Origin: Desulfobacteraceae bacterium
GTDB lineage: Bacteria; Desulfobacterota; DSM-4660; Desulfatiglandales; Desulfatiglandaceae
Assembly: GCA_030597505.1 (NCBI GenBank)
Contig: JAUVRS010000001.1
Coordinates: forward strand, 1 to 35,035
DNA length: 35,035 bases
Reading direction: 5' to 3'
This document shows, in pieces, positions 17,330-25,071 of the stretch. The translations under genes and the position numbers were made by a program. Position 1 is the first letter of the stretch. Each line of letters starts with the position of its first letter. A model generated the notes under the pieces. That model saw only the letters and a list, made by a program, of their open reading frames with translations, did not search any database and was not told where the DNA came from.

Positions 17330-18796
17330 ATGAAATCAAACAAGTTTTTTAAAATCTTTTTTGCCGGCAGAGCGGCGATGGTTCTTTTGTTTTTTGTAGC
17401 GGGTCTTTTGGCCTTTTCAGGCGCCTATCCGGCGCTCGATGCACAGGCAACGACAGAAACCATCCAGGGTGTGCCCGACAGCTTTACCGGACTGGCTGAA
17501 ATGTTTAGCCCGGCCGTGGTCAACATACAGGCGGAAAAATCGATCAATGCAAAAGGGCACGCCAGCCGTCAGTTCAATAGCCCCCACGGCTTTGGGAAAG
17601 GCAATCCCTACCACGATTTTTTTGAAAAGTTTTTTGGTGACAACGCACCAAAGGACTTCAAACAACGGGGGCTCGGGTCAGGATTTATTATTGACAAGGA
17701 TGGGTATATTGTAACAAACAACCACGTTGTTCAGGATGCCGACAAGATCAAGGTTATCTTAAAAGACAAACGGAAATTTGATGCAAAGGTCGTTGGGCGG
17801 GACCCAAACACCGATCTGGCGCTTATAAAAATATCGCCCGACAGCGACCTTCCCATTATTGAATTGGGGGATTCTGATGCCATCAAGGTGGGCGAATGGG
17901 TGGTGGCCATCGGCAACCCCTTTGGGTTGGAACATACTGTCACGGCAGGCATAATCAGCGCAAAGGGGCGTGTGATCGGGTCGGGCCCCTATGATGACTT
18001 TCTTCAGACAGACGCCTCTATCAACCCCGGGAACAGCGGTGGACCGCTTATCGACATGAAGGGCAAGGTGGTCGGAATAAACACGGCCATCATTGCCGGT
18101 GGCCAGGGTATCGGGTTTGCAATCCCGGTCAATCTTGCAAAGGGGATCATTATGCAGCTAAAGACCAAGGGGGAGGTCACCCGAGGCTGGCTGGGTGTAG
18201 GAATCCAGGATCTCACCGATGAGCTAAAGGAATACCACGGAATAAAGGATGGGGGAGGTGTCCTTATAACCAAGGCCTTTCCGGATAATCCTGCTGAGAG
18301 AGCCGGAATAAAAGCAAAAGATATCATTCTGGAAGTCAACGGACGTAAGGTCAAAAAAAGCCGTGACCTGAGCCGGATGATTGCCGAGTCGCCGGTTGGC
18401 GCCACAGTCAAACTGTTGGTCCTCCAAAACGGAAAGGAAAAGGTTATTGATGTCAAACTGGCCAAGCGAGATGACAAAAAATTTGCATCTTCCAGGGGCG
18501 GGGTGGACAAGAAGTACGAGTTTGGGATCCATGTGGTAGATTTGACCCCTGAGATGGCGAAACGGCTCAACACATCGGAAAAAGAAGGTGTGGTGGTGAT
18601 GAACGTGGAACCCGACAGCAAGGGTCAAAAGGCCGGTATCCTGCCTGGTGATTTGATTAAAGAGGTAAATCACAAGGTCATAGATTCGGTGGACAGTTTT
18701 GAAAAAGAAATTCACAAGGTCAAGACAGGAGATTCTCTCTCCTTGTATATCTGGCGGATGAATAGAGGATTTCTTGTGATAAAGATTACTAAATAA
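17330..18796 (+). CDS. Periplasmic serine endoprotease DegP/HtrA (Do family, two PDZ domains)
   Basis: A signal peptide and the catalytic triad contexts TNNHVV, DLALIK and GNSGGPL are present. Two PDZ regions follow (GWLGVGIQDL..., GVVVMNVEPDSKGQKAGILPGDLI). Confidence 0.92.
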   Translation: MKSNKFFKIFFAGRAAMVLLFFVAGLLAFSGAYPALDAQATTETIQGVPDSFTGLAEMFSPAVVNIQAEKSINAKGHASRQFNSPHGFGKGNPYHDFFEKFFGDNAPKDFKQRGLGSGFIIDKDGYIVTNNHVVQDADKIKVILKDKRKFDAKVVGRDPNTDLALIKISPDSDLPIIELGDSDAIKVGEWVVAIGNPFGLEHTVTAGIISAKGRVIGSGPYDDFLQTDASINPGNSGGPLIDMKGKVVGINTAIIAGGQGIGFAIPVNLAKGIIMQLKTKGEVTRGWLGVGIQDLTDELKEYHGIKDGGGVLITKAFPDNPAERAGIKAKDIILEVNGRKVKKSRDLSRMIAESPVGATVKLLVLQNGKEKVIDVKLAKRDDKKFASSRGGVDKKYEFGIHVVDLTPEMAKRLNTSEKEGVVVMNVEPDSKGQKAGILPGDLIKEVNHKVIDSVDSFEKEIHKVKTGDSLSLYIWRMNRGFLVIKITK

Positions 18797-18812
18797 AACT
18801 GCAAACAAAAGA

Positions 18813-18831
18813 CAGGGCGCGCAGGGCCCTG
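18813..18831 (+). terminator. Hairpin downstream of degP (weak terminator candidate)
   Basis: CAGGGC-GCGCAGG-GCCCTG lies 17 nt after the degP stop. There is no U-tract. Confidence 0.3.
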
Positions 18832-18952
18832 ACACCCAACGAGCTTTGCTTTCTCCCTCTCCTCGTGGGTCCTGTGCATCCTCCACCCCACCCTTTTTCG
18901 AAACCTCATGGAGCAAAACCTTGCTTCACAAAGTTTCCTTTTCGATCAAACC

Positions 18953-18968
18953 GGCCGCCTCGGCGGCC
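18953..18968 (-). terminator. GC hairpin downstream of the histidine kinase gene (weak terminator candidate)
   Basis: GGCCGC-CTCG-GCGGCC lies about 25 nt after the kinase stop on the minus strand. The U-tract is poor. Confidence 0.3.
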
Positions 18969-18992
18969 AGCGTCGGGGTACCTCTTCCCGAC

Positions 18993-20393
18993 CTACCCGG
19001 CCACAGGCAACCGAATAGTAAAAGTGGACCCCTTGTTTGACTGGCTTTCAACAACCACTTCCCCATCGTGGGCCTGGACAATGGCCTTTACAAAACTGAG
19101 CCCCAACCCCAGGCCTCGTCTCGATCTGCTGCGGTCCCCCCGGTACAACCGATCCCAGATTCTGCCGATCTCTTCGGAAGGGATCCCCATCCCTTCATCA
19201 GAGACTGAGATCAGGACGTCTCCCTCTTTTTCGCATGCCGAGAGCAAAACCCGCCCCCGGTCACCGCTATATTTGACTGCATTGTCAACAAGGTTTGCGA
19301 TGACCTGCTGAAAACGGGTGCGATCCGCATTGATAAACAATTCATGGGGGAGATCTACATCCATGGAAATATTTTTCTCATCGGCCAATATCTCATATAA
19401 ATCCGCGACAGCCCACATAACCTCCCGGACAGAAACCCGGGCCATATCCAACCGCATCACCCCGGTCTCGGCCTCGGCCACATCCATCAGCGTATTGAGC
19501 ATTGTCAGGACCCGCTCAGACTCTTCCATACAATCACCGAGCGCCTCGTAGCACGCGTCGGGGTTGTTGGAACCCTGGAGGGCAAGTTCTGCCATGCCCC
19601 GCAGACGGGTCATGGGTGTTCGAAGATCGTGGGCAACATTATCCAGAGAGTTGCGCATTGCCCGGATCAAAGAATCATTCCTGTCAAGCATCTGGTTAAA
19701 AAGGCCCACCAACTCATCCATCTCCCCGCGCCCGCCCCGGACAGGCACGCGTTTGCTCATCTTTCCCGTCTCCAGGATGTCCCGCACGGTTTGAATCAGA
19801 CTGCGGATAGGGCGGATCGCGCGGAATGTCAAAATCCCTCCCCCGATTATCCCGAGCAAAAGAATCGGCACCACAAAAATTATAAAAACCGTCCTGAAGT
19901 AGGAAAGCAATTCCTGGCTTTGAACCGAGCTTTTTCCCACCTGAAGCGTAAACCCGCCGGGGAGGGGTGCCAACCCAATGGTCCATGACCCTTTTCTTGT
20001 GCGGTCTTTGATGGAAAGCCAGAAGTCTTTCTCAGTGGAGGAAATCGACTTTAGCTGATTCAGATCAACACCTTGAAACCGTTCGGGAATGCTGACAAAA
20101 AGGACATTGTTAAAGGGTCCCACCACGCGAACAAAAAAAACATCGCGGGCGGTATTGGATTGCTCGTCAAAACGGGCCTTGAGGGCCCGCAGCCCGCCTT
20201 CTTCATACCAGGCAACGTATTCATTGATACGATCCCTTACAATTTCCTGTTCCCGCTGTTCGACCAGCCCCTCTATGAGATAGTAGGCAACAACAAAAAG
20301 CCCCAGTGAACTGATCACAAAAAAAAGGGCATAGAGAAAGCTCATCTTCAAGCTGAAGCTCAGCCCGATCTTCCTACTTCTCCTTGAGGACAT
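18993..20393 (-). CDS. Sensor histidine kinase (2 TM, periplasmic domain, HAMP, HisKA, HATPase_c)
   Basis: TM1 is FLYALFFVISSLGLFVVAYYLI and TM2 is VFIIFVVPILLLGIIGGGILTF. The H-box is NVAHDLRTPMT, the N-box is VIANLVDNAVKYS, and the G-boxes are DEGMGIP / GLGLGLS. It overlaps the regulator gene by 20 nt. The ATG at 20345 is an alternative start. Confidence 0.88.
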   Translation of the reverse strand: MSSRRSRKIGLSFSLKMSFLYALFFVISSLGLFVVAYYLIEGLVEQREQEIVRDRINEYVAWYEEGGLRALKARFDEQSNTARDVFFVRVVGPFNNVLFVSIPERFQGVDLNQLKSISSTEKDFWLSIKDRTRKGSWTIGLAPLPGGFTLQVGKSSVQSQELLSYFRTVFIIFVVPILLLGIIGGGILTFRAIRPIRSLIQTVRDILETGKMSKRVPVRGGRGEMDELVGLFNQMLDRNDSLIRAMRNSLDNVAHDLRTPMTRLRGMAELALQGSNNPDACYEALGDCMEESERVLTMLNTLMDVAEAETGVMRLDMARVSVREVMWAVADLYEILADEKNISMDVDLPHELFINADRTRFQQVIANLVDNAVKYSGDRGRVLLSACEKEGDVLISVSDEGMGIPSEEIGRIWDRLYRGDRSRSRRGLGLGLSFVKAIVQAHDGEVVVESQSNKGSTFTIRLPVAG

Positions 20394-21048
20394 AACCCGT
20401 TCCGCGGACCGTATGGATCATTTTGGGCTCAAAATCCCTGTCGACCTTGTTACGCACCCGGCAAACGAGTACGTCAACCACGTTGGTCTGAGGGTCAAAA
20501 CTGTAATCGTATACATGCTCCAAAATGGACGTCTTGGAGATGATCCGACCCTTGTTTCGCATCAGGTATTCAAGAAGTGCAAACTCCCGGGACGGCAGGG
20601 TGATGGGCTGGCCCCCACGGTTTGCCTCTCGTGACAGGAGATCAATGGTAAGATCACCTGCCCTGAGCACGGAAGGGTCTGACGTCTGAGTGGCCCTCCG
20701 GATCAGGGCCTGTATCCGGGCAAGAAGCTCTGAGAAGGAAAAGGGTTTGGTCATGTAATCGTCCCCCCCCGTCTGAAGCCCCTTGACCCGATCATCCACG
20801 GTCCGTCTTGCGCTGAGAATAAGGACTGGTGTCTTTATATTTTTTTCACGGACCCGTTCGATCAATGAAAGACCATCAAGACCCGGCAACATGATGTCAA
20901 CTACAGCCGCGTCATAGGGCTCCGTCACCGCGAGATGGAGGCCATCCACACCGTCCCCGGCCGTATCTACGGCAAACCCCGCCTCACGAAGCCCCTTTGA
21001 AACAAAAGAAGCAATTTTCTCGTCATCCTCGACCACCAAGACTCTCAT
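20374..21048 (-). CDS. OmpR/PhoB-family response regulator (CusR/CopR-like by sequence resemblance)
   Basis: The receiver domain is MRVLVVEDDEKIA...AVVDIMLPGLDGLSLIE...LILSA...DDYMTKPFSFSELLARI. The C-terminus is a winged-helix domain ending ...IHTVRGTGYVL. The RBS is GGAAGGTGG. Confidence 0.92.
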   Translation of the reverse strand: MRVLVVEDDEKIASFVSKGLREAGFAVDTAGDGVDGLHLAVTEPYDAAVVDIMLPGLDGLSLIERVREKNIKTPVLILSARRTVDDRVKGLQTGGDDYMTKPFSFSELLARIQALIRRATQTSDPSVLRAGDLTIDLLSREANRGGQPITLPSREFALLEYLMRNKGRIISKTSILEHVYDYSFDPQTNVVDVLVCRVRNKVDRDFEPKMIHTVRGTGYVLKEK

Positions 21049-21111
21049 TTTACCTTAAACCACCTTCCTTTTGCTTTAGGACTTTAACAGCTGGAAAAAC
21101 CATCCGTTCTC

Positions 21112-21250
21112 ACCTCAAGACCTTCCGATCCAGACTCCGATATTGAATGGCCTCTGCAACATGGGGAGACCCGATATCTTGGGTCGATACCGTTGGACCT
21201 TCGGAAATGAACAGGTACACTCTCGTTTAGGATGTCCCAAATGACCGCAA
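21112..21250 (-). pseudogene. Decayed, internally deleted copy of the comM 3' end
   Basis: Direct alignment shows 21112-21178 matches 25074-25140 (65/67 nt). 21179-21250 matches 25475-25546 (66/72 nt), in the same orientation. The 334 bp that lie between these blocks in comM are missing, and the junction falls in an 11-bp repeat (GACCCGATATC) present at both comM sites. Weaker similarity may continue to about 21285. Confidence 0.8.
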
Positions 21251-21699
21251 AGATATGGTTTCCGAGAGTAGAGGCCCACATAAAGGTCTAATATTCCTAA
21301 AGATACCCCTAAATCCGCCTTATCTGAAGAAGCCAAACCCCGTCATGAATGACCTTGGATTGTCTGAGAAAAACTATTACACAACCAAGGTTGTATGTAA
21401 AGTAAGGCGCTATCAACTCTTAACAATTGGCCCCATTTTGGAAAACAGACAGATTATTCGTTACCTTTCCTCAGTCTTTTCGGCACCAAGGCGCTGGGAA
21501 CGAGGTGGTACATGTCCATATAAAGGGTAATCTGATGCTTTCTGGTTTTACAACCCAGCTCATAGCCCCGTCAACGACGTGTCCGTCCGGACCTGGGCCA
21601 CGCCCATCTTCGGACTAAAATGCGAAAGGAGGAGTGACATCACAACGATGTCATCTGCTGTAATCGCATATGTCACAGGGAATCATCTTTTAATCCTGC

Positions 21700-23037
21700 C
21701 TATTTCAAATAGGAAAGGGCATCCGGAAGGGGAATATCCTTCCCCGTGCGGGTTTCTCCATAGTTATGGTCAGCCAGGATTTTAAGGTCATCAAGGGCGA
21801 GCTTGTCCCCTCGAAAACGCACTTGACCCAGCCGCTTGGTCAGGATGTATCCGCCAGCGCTAAGTATCTGTAGCACACTACTGGCATCAAACACCTGGTC
21901 GTCCACAAGCATCTTTACATCGGCGCCGTAGTGCTGGACTACCTTGGCCACGCGAGTGGATGGGCGAGCATGGAATCCTAAGGTTTTGGGTATGGGGAGT
22001 TCGTAGGTTACCATATCTACAAGGCGATTCAAAATGGACTCGGCAAGCTGTCTTCCGGCATGAAAGAGCTGTATGAGGTAATAAAGACTGAAGGAGAAGG
22101 CCTCTTCCACGAGTCGCGAAGACGGTACAATTTCATGGAGTTTGTCAACAACAGGTGACGATGGAATAAGCAAATGTCTTTCAAAATAATGAGCCAAAAT
22201 CGTTGCTATCTTAAAGAGATTCAGTTGGGCAGGGAAGATTTCATGCAGCCCTTTCAGCTCTCGAATTTCACCCTCTATTCGGCTATGTTCTATATAGCTG
22301 TCATACCAGGATTGAAAATTATGCAAGCGGGTCCCCAGGCGCCTGAGGGTTCCCTCGTTGATGTTCCCGGGAATCTTAGAAGCCAGAGTTTCCCCTTCGG
22401 GCTGTATCACTTTTTCCAAAAAGCGGGCCTCCTCCGCAAAATCAACAAAGCGATGGAGAATTTTTTTTACCGTATGGGCCCTGCCCGAAGAGGCCGTTTC
22501 TTCTATGGTATGCGGCAGGATGATTTCATTGCGTAATTTGACTCCGTAACTGGGAAACGGCCTATCTTGGGGAACCGTCAGTTTCAGCCTTCGGGCCTCA
22601 TCTAGCAGTTCAGAAAAACTGCGGGCAATGATCTCGGCAAAAAAATGGCCCACCGCTTCTGCCCTCTGATCAAAGTCCGCCTCCACCTGAGGAAAAAGAC
22701 GTTTCGGATGTGAATTTTTCCTGAGCTCTTCCAGCAGAAAAGCTGCTTTTCCAAAGCTCTTGGTTGTCGCAGTGAGTTCTCTAAAATAGATCCAATTCCG
22801 GTTGTTCCGTGCACGGTATCGATCTAAGAGATGCTCCACATCCGAGGAGTGTTTGATGACATTGGCCAGGAAATCCATATTAAAAGACTTCCGGTCCCCT
22901 CCCTTGGCCGCTTCCTCCACGTAGTGTGAAAGGGAAAGCAAAGGCCTGGCAAATGGCGCCAGGATGCGACCAAACTCTTCTTCGGAAATAATCTCCTGAT
23001 CCTCTTGTGAATCAAACAATGCCAAAAAATCCGGCAT
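21700..23037 (-). CDS. Protein with an uncharacterised ~340-aa N-terminal region fused to a C-terminal HPr (PTS phosphocarrier) domain
   Basis: The C-terminal roughly 90 aa read ...YELPIPKTLGFHARPSTRVAKVVQHYGADVKMLVDDQVFDASSVLQILSAGG...RFRGDKLALDDL... This has the HPr active-site context (G-x-HARP) and a Ser46-like context (ASSVLQILSAG). I do not recognise the N-terminal helical region. A strong RBS (GGGAGG) is present. Confidence 0.7.
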   Translation of the reverse strand: MPDFLALFDSQEDQEIISEEEFGRILAPFARPLLSLSHYVEEAAKGGDRKSFNMDFLANVIKHSSDVEHLLDRYRARNNRNWIYFRELTATTKSFGKAAFLLEELRKNSHPKRLFPQVEADFDQRAEAVGHFFAEIIARSFSELLDEARRLKLTVPQDRPFPSYGVKLRNEIILPHTIEETASSGRAHTVKKILHRFVDFAEEARFLEKVIQPEGETLASKIPGNINEGTLRRLGTRLHNFQSWYDSYIEHSRIEGEIRELKGLHEIFPAQLNLFKIATILAHYFERHLLIPSSPVVDKLHEIVPSSRLVEEAFSFSLYYLIQLFHAGRQLAESILNRLVDMVTYELPIPKTLGFHARPSTRVAKVVQHYGADVKMLVDDQVFDASSVLQILSAGGYILTKRLGQVRFRGDKLALDDLKILADHNYGETRTGKDIPLPDALSYLK

Positions 23038-23290
23038 TTCCTAATACCTCCCTTAGAGATCGGCCGCGTGGATTGAGAAGACTCCAGACCTACAAACGAA
23101 TACACTCGTTATACACTTACAGAAAAACATTTGGGGGTTATCATTTCCCACATTCTTGGATCTGCGTGGTACCATTAAATATCATGACTAAATCTGGCAG
23201 GAGGTCGTTCAAGGCCATTTCTTAGCAGGATTATATCGTTTGTTCTTCCTATTCTGAGTGCAAGGAAAATAAATATTTTTTCCGCAAGCC

Positions 23291-24157
23291 CTAACCGACG
23301 TCATCTAAGACCTTCTTCAACACCTCATCGTTCAAGGTGAAACAATGGTCCTGCATGGGAAAGCTGCCCTTTCTTACTTCTCGCGAAAATTCTTCAAGAG
23401 CATTGAGAATGATTTCGGAGACGTCCGCATATTGCTTTACAAACTTGGGAGTAAATCGATCGAACAGACCAATCATATCGTATAACGAGAGGCTCTGGCC
23501 ATCAGTGTATGGGCCAGAACCAATTCCTGTTGCAGGAATGATTAGCCTTTCACAAATGAGTTTGGCCAAGCGGTCCGGCACACATTCGATCGTGAGCATA
23601 AAGGCGCCCGCTTGTTCTAGTGAAACCGCATCAGCCAAGATCTTTTTGGCAGCGTCTGCGTCTTTGCCCTGCACTTTGAAGCCACCCAGTTTGGACACCG
23701 TCTGTGGGGTTAGCCCGATGTGGCCTACCACTGGGATACCGGCCTCGACAATCGCTCTTACGGTGGAGGCAAACTCTTTACCACCTTCCAATTTAACCGC
23801 GTCAACGTTGCCCTCTTTTAAGAGCCGGCCGGCGTTCCTGATTGCATCCTGTACGCTGGTCTGGTAGGAGAGGAAGGGGAGGTCCCCTATGACAAGAGCG
23901 TGTTTCACAGCCCTCGTTACCGCCCTGCAATGGTGGATCATCTCCTCCATGGTAACTGCTACGGTGTTTTCCCTCCCAAGTACCACCATACCTAAGGAGT
24001 CACCCACTAAGACCGAGTCCACTCCCGCACGGTCCGCAAGCAGCGCCATAGGGTAGTCATAACAGGTCACTCTGACGATTTTTTCCCCCAGATCCTTTTT
24101 CGTTTGCAGATCTTGGATTGTAATTTTTTTCGCTTTACGGCCATCTTCCTCTCTCAC
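23291..24157 (-). CDS. panB: 3-methyl-2-oxobutanoate hydroxymethyltransferase (ketopantoate hydroxymethyltransferase)
   Basis: ...IVRVTCYDYPMALLADRAGVDSVLVGDSLGMVVLG...GDLPFLSYQ...AVKLEGG...PVVGHIGLTPQ... is canonical PanB. It has a GTG start and begins 4 nt after the upstream stop. Confidence 0.92.
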   Translation of the reverse strand: MREEDGRKAKKITIQDLQTKKDLGEKIVRVTCYDYPMALLADRAGVDSVLVGDSLGMVVLGRENTVAVTMEEMIHHCRAVTRAVKHALVIGDLPFLSYQTSVQDAIRNAGRLLKEGNVDAVKLEGGKEFASTVRAIVEAGIPVVGHIGLTPQTVSKLGGFKVQGKDADAAKKILADAVSLEQAGAFMLTIECVPDRLAKLICERLIIPATGIGSGPYTDGQSLSLYDMIGLFDRFTPKFVKQYADVSEIILNALEEFSREVRKGSFPMQDHCFTLNDEVLKKVLDDVG

Positions 24158-24161
24158 CCAT

Positions 24162-24911
24162 TCACGGGATGCTATTCACCTCCAAAAGTGAGGGTTCATG
24201 TTGGGGTATTAGGATATCAGCAATACCAGCAACCTTTACCATACTCTCGAATGCCTGAATGGGGTTAGTGTGAATCCCTGAGGGGGTAACGGGGTAATAG
24301 GGTTTTACTTCCTCATGAGGCGAAAAATTGTCCTGGATACAGCAAAAACCGCTTATTACCGCCTTGCCTTTCTTCGTATTCACACCAACTGCTTGTACGC
24401 CGGGTCCATGACCCGGGGCGAAAATCAAATCTATTCCTGGAAATAAATTCGGAACGTCCCCCTTGACCAACTTCAGCCTATTCCAACCACTCATAAGTTC
24501 GGGTCGATAGATCTCTTTGAGGAGGGGGTGGGGAGCCATCAAGCATCTCCACTCATCTTCTTGCATGAAACTCGTCGCATTGCAGCATCTCTTTGTGTTC
24601 CCGATATGGTCATAAGCGCCATGTGTCTGGATTACGTAATCGATGCCTTCAATAGTGAGCCCCTGAGACGCCAGGGCATCCTCAAATGACTGCACCGGAA
24701 TGAATCGTACGGGATATTCAGGTGAAAGCATTGAGTTAGCGAAATCAGCCTCAATCCCAGTATCCACAAGAATGGTCTGATCGGCCCCCTTGATATACCA
24801 TGCAAAACATGGCATCTCGAATCGCTCACCCATATTCCTCCGGTAGGTCATCATGCTCTTGTCGATAGAAATTTTTGAAATGGGTAATGGGATTAGGGTG
24901 TATTCTTTCAT
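24162..24911 (-). CDS. MBL-fold metallo-hydrolase (lactonase-like subfamily)
   Basis: 249 aa. The layout ...ILVDTG..., ...VIQTHGAYDHIGN..., ...APGHGPG... resembles AiiA-like MBL proteins. Motif 2 reads H-G-A-Y-D-H, so the second His of HxHxDH is replaced by Ala. The RBS is AAAGGAGAAA. Confidence 0.75.
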   Translation of the reverse strand: MKEYTLIPLPISKISIDKSMMTYRRNMGERFEMPCFAWYIKGADQTILVDTGIEADFANSMLSPEYPVRFIPVQSFEDALASQGLTIEGIDYVIQTHGAYDHIGNTKRCCNATSFMQEDEWRCLMAPHPLLKEIYRPELMSGWNRLKLVKGDVPNLFPGIDLIFAPGHGPGVQAVGVNTKKGKAVISGFCCIQDNFSPHEEVKPYYPVTPSGIHTNPIQAFESMVKVAGIADILIPQHEPSLLEVNSIP

Positions 24912-25071
24912 GGTTTCTCCTTTTCTTTATTAACAATTGCTTTGTTGAGGGATGTGTACAGAACGGAGGCCCAGAGTGGAGCTAATCTTAACAAAATCAA
25001 TCAATTATTGCATTTGTCATCCAAAAGAAAGCGTCCTTATTAAATTAAATGGAGAAAACAGGTTTATTCTT

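Noticed and set aside
17151-17339. A 62-aa minus-strand ORF in the batE-degP intergenic region.
   Set aside because: It overlaps the degP start and RBS. It has no RBS of its own and no recognisable features.
21481-21497. A sigma54-like sequence, CGGCACCAAGGCGCTGG, in the gene-less stretch.
   Set aside because: The GG-to-GC spacing is one nucleotide short of the strict sigma54 spacing. No plus-strand gene lies downstream.
21427-21785. Small plus-strand ORFs (21427-21618 and 21579-21785) in the scar region between the comM relic and the HPr-fusion gene.
   Set aside because: They have no recognisable motifs. The AGGAGG near 21627 is 15 nt from the ATG at 21648, which is too far. The second ORF overlaps the 3' end of the convergent HPr-fusion gene.
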